64,000 nucleotides of DNA. It comes from the human T2T-CHM13v2.0 reference genome, Homo sapiens. Below the pieces are notes generated by a model. It ran no database searches, was not told the origin of the DNA, and was given only the letters and a program-made list of their open reading frames with translations. Position numbers and translations under genes: made by a program. Positions 60,271 to 64,000 of this stretch are shown in pieces (within the stretch, counting starts at the first letter, position 1; each line of letters begins with the position of its first letter). The DNA is taken from NCBI RefSeq assembly GCF_009914755.1, contig NC_060931.1, one strand, 5' to 3'.

Positions 60271-63200
60271 TTTTTTATAATTTCAATAGTCTTTTGGGGA
60301 AAAGGTGGTGTTTGGTTACATGAACAATTCCTTTAGTGATGATTTCTGAGATTTTGGTGCACCTACCTCTCACCTAAGAAGTGTACACTGTACTCAATGT
60401 ATAATCTTTTCTCCCTCACCTCCCTCCACCTTTTCCCCCAGAGTCCCCAAAGTCCATTATATTATTCTTATGCCTTTGGGTTCTCATAGCTTGGCCCCCA
60501 CATATGAGTGAGAATATACAATGTTTGGTTTTCCATTCCTGAGTTACTTCACTTAGAATAATTGTCTCCAATTCAAACCAGGTTGCTGGGAATGCCATTA
60601 ATTTGTTCCTTTTTATGGCTGAATAGTATTCCATGGTATATATATAGATATATAGATACCAATTTTCTTTATCTACTAGGGCTGGTTCCATATTTTTGCA
60701 GTTGAGAATTGTGCTGCTATAAACATGTGTGCGCATGTATCTTTTTCATATAATGACTTCTTTTCCTCTGGGTAGATACCCAGTAGTAGAATTGCTGGAT
60801 CAAATGGTAGATCTACTTTTAGTTCTTTAAGGAATCTCCATACTGTTTTCCATAGTGGTTGTACTACTTACATTCCCACCAGCTGTGTAAAAGTGTTCCC
60901 TTTGCACCATATCCACATCAACATCTATTATTTTTAGATTTTGTGATTATGCCATTCTTGCAGGAGGAAAGTGGTATCACATTGCTGTTTTGATTTGCAT
61001 TTCCCTGATCATTAGTGATGTTGAGCAATTTCCTATATGTTTGTTGTCCATTTGTTTATCTTCTTTTGAGAATTGTTTATTCATGTCCTTAGCCCACTTT
61101 TTGATGGGAAATTTTGGGTTTTTTTCTTGCTGATTTGTTTGAGTTCCTTATAGATTCTGGATGTTAGTCCTTTGTCAGATGTATAGATTATGAAGATTTT
61201 CTCCCACTCTGTGGGTTGTCTGTTTACTCTGCTGATTGTTTCTTTTGCTGTGCAGAAGCTTTTTAGTTTAATTAAGTCTCATCTATTTATCTTTGGTGTT
61301 GTTGCATTTGCTTTCGGATTTTTGGTCATGAAGTCTTTGCCTAAGCCAATGTCTAGAAAAGTTTTTCCAATGTTATCTTTTAGAAGTTTTATTATTTCAG
61401 GTCTTACATTTAAGTCTTTGATCCATCTTGAGTTGATTTTTATATAAGTTGAGAGATGAGGATCCAGTTTCATTCTTCTACATGTGGCTTGCCAGTTACC
61501 CCAGCACCATTTGTTGAATAGGCTGTTCTTTCCCCACTTTATGTTTTTGTTTGGCTAGTCTAAGATCAGTTGGCTGTAAGCAGTTGGGTTTATTTCTGGA
61601 TTCTCTATTCTGTCCCATTGGTCTATGTGCCTATTTTTATACTAGTACCATGCTGTTTTGGTGACTATAGCCTTATAGTATAGTTTGAAGTTGGGTAGGG
61701 TAATGCCTCTATATTTGTCCTTTCTACTTAGTCTTGCTTTGGCTATGAGGGCTCCCTTTTTGTTTCATATGAATTTTAGGATTTTTTTTTCTAGTTCTGT
61801 GAAGAATGATGGTGGTACTTTTATGGGAATTGCATTGAATTTCTAGATTGCTTTTGGAAGTATGGTCATTTTCACAATATTGATTCTACCTATCCATGAG
61901 CATGGGATGTGTTTCCATTTGTTTACATTGTCTATTATTTCTTTCAGCAGTGTTTCATACTTTTCCTTGTAGAGGTCTTTCACATCCTGGTTAGGTATAT
62001 TCCTAAGTGTTATATTGTATTTACTTATGTATTTATTTATGCAGCTATTGTGAAAGGGGTTAAGTTCTGGATTTGATTTTCAGGATGGTCACTGTTGGTG
62101 TACATTAATTTTATATCCTGAAACTTTGCTGAATTCATTTACCAGTTCTAGAAGCTTTTTGGAGGAGTCTTTAGGGTTTTCTAGGTATACAATCATATCA
62201 TCAGCAAACAGTGACAGTTTGACTTCCTCTTTACTGATTTGGATGCTCTTTATTTCTTTCTCTTATCTGATTGGTCTGGCTAGCACTTCCATTACTATGT
62301 TGAATAGAAGTGGTGAGAGTGGGCATCCTTGTCTTGTTCCAGCTCTGAGGGGGAATGCTTTCAACTTTTCCCCATTCAGTATAACGTTGGCTTTTAATAG
62401 ATGGCTTATAATGGATGGCTTTTATTACATTAAGGTATGTCCCTTCTATGCCGATTTTCTGAGAGTTTTAATAATGAAGGGATGCTGGATTTTGTCAATG
62501 CTTTTTCTGCATCTATTGAGATGATCGTATGATTTTTGTTTTTAATTCTATTTATGTGGTATATCACATTTATTGAAATCCACTTGATCATGGTGGATTA
62601 TCTTTTTGACATGCTGTTGGATTCAGTTAGCTAGCATTTTGTTGAGGAGTTTTGCATCTATGTTCATCAGGGATATTGGTCGGTACTTTTCTTTATTAGT
62701 TATTTCTTTTCCTGGTTTTGGTATTGGGTGATACTGGCTTCATAGAATGAGTTAGGGAGGATTCCCTATTTCTCTACCTTGTGGAATAGCGTCAACAGGA
62801 TTAGCACCAATTCTTCTTTGAATGTCTGATAGAATTCAGCTGTGAATCCATCTGGTCATGGGCTTTTTATTGTGGGCAATTGTTTAATTATCATTTCAAT
62901 GTCACTGCTTGTTATTGGTCTTTTCAGAGTTTCATTTTCTTCCTGGTTTAACCAAGGAGAGTTGTATATTTACAGGAATATATCCATCTCCTCTATGTTT
63001 TCTAGTTTATGTGTGTAAAGGTATTCATAGTAGCCTTGAATGATCTGTATTTCTGTGGTATTGGTTGTAATACTTCCCATTTCATTTCTAATTGAGCTTA
63101 TTTGTATCTTCTCTCTTTTTTTCTTGGTTAATCTCATTATGGCCTATCAATTTTATTTATCTTTTCAAAGAACAAGCTTTTTGTTTCATTTACCTTTTGT

Positions 63201-64000
63201 AGTTTTTTTGTTTCAATTTCATTTAGTTCTGCTCTGATCTTTGTTATTCTTTTCTTCTGTTGGGTTTAAGTTTGGTTTGTTCTTCTTTCTCTAGTTTCAT
63301 GAGGTGTGACCTTAGATTGTCTATTTGTGCTGTTTCAGACTTTTTCATGTAGGCATTTAAGGGTATGAACTTTCTTCTTAGCACTGCCTTTGCTGTATCC
63401 CAGAGGTTTTGATAGGTTGTGTCACTATTATTGTTCAACTCAAAAAAATTTTAATTTCCATCCTGATGTCATTGCTAAGCCAACAATCACTCAGGAGCAG
63501 ATTATTTAATGTTCATGTATTTGCACGGTTTTAGGGTTCCTTTTAGAGTTGATTTCCAATCTTCTTCCACTGTGATCTGAGAGAGTACTTGATATAATTT
63601 CTATTTTCTTAAATTTATTGAGACTTGTTTTGTGGCCTATCATATGGTCTATCTCGGAAAATGTTTCATGTGCTGATGAATAGAATATATATTTTGCAGT
63701 TGCTGGCTAAAACGTTCTGTAAATATCTGTTAAGTCCATCTGTTGTAGAGTTTAAGTCCATTGTTTCTTTGTTGACTTTCTGTCTTTATGACCTGTCCAG
63801 TGCTGTCAGTGAAGTATTGAAGTCCCCCACTATTATTGTGCTGTTTTCTATCTCATTCCTTAGGCCTAGTAGTAATTGTTTTATATATTTGGGAGCTGCA
63901 GGTTAGGTGCATACATATTTAGGATTGTGATATTTTCCTGTTGAACAAGCCCTTTTATCATTATATAATGTTCCACTTTGTCTTTTTTAACTGCTGTTGC
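60271..64000 (-). mobile_element. L1PB1-like LINE-1 (3'UTR to ORF2 EN domain), continuing beyond the window
   Basis: L1PB-type 3' end (GGTGGTGTTTGGTTACATGAA...GATTTCTGAGATTTTGGTGCACC on +) and ORF2 remnants ([17 protein letters not shown]; [20 protein letters not shown]). Confidence 0.92.

Overview
This is primate (probably human or great-ape) genomic DNA, AT-rich and dominated by interspersed repeats. I cannot support any protein-coding host gene, RNA gene or CpG island, and every long ORF maps to LINE-1 ORF1/ORF2 remnants, Alu or an LTR. The window opens with a full-length but dead L1PA7-like LINE-1 (28-6470) nested in an older L1PA 3' end, which abuts an L1MA element. A composite L1PA6-like element (31751-37014) carries an antisense L1PA4-like insertion in its 5'UTR and a ~2.4 kb microhomology-bounded deletion that removes ORF1 and the endonuclease domain. 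There are solo LTRs (MER48-like, MER52-like, several MLT1), about 10 Alu/FLAM/FAM copies, old L2/MIR/CR1 and DNA-transposon relics, more L1 3' fragments with clear TSDs, and a minus-strand L1PB running off the right edge. Subfamily names come from recalled diagnostic motifs and need RepeatMasker/Dfam confirmation. I see no convincing new biological system. The best second-look items are the composite L1 with a ~1.5 kb internal inverted repeat, a nested AT-rich palindrome array (41084-41213), a ~120 bp fold-back element (39591-39711) and a few candidate non-coding exons in the less repetitive 11.5-31.7 kb zone.
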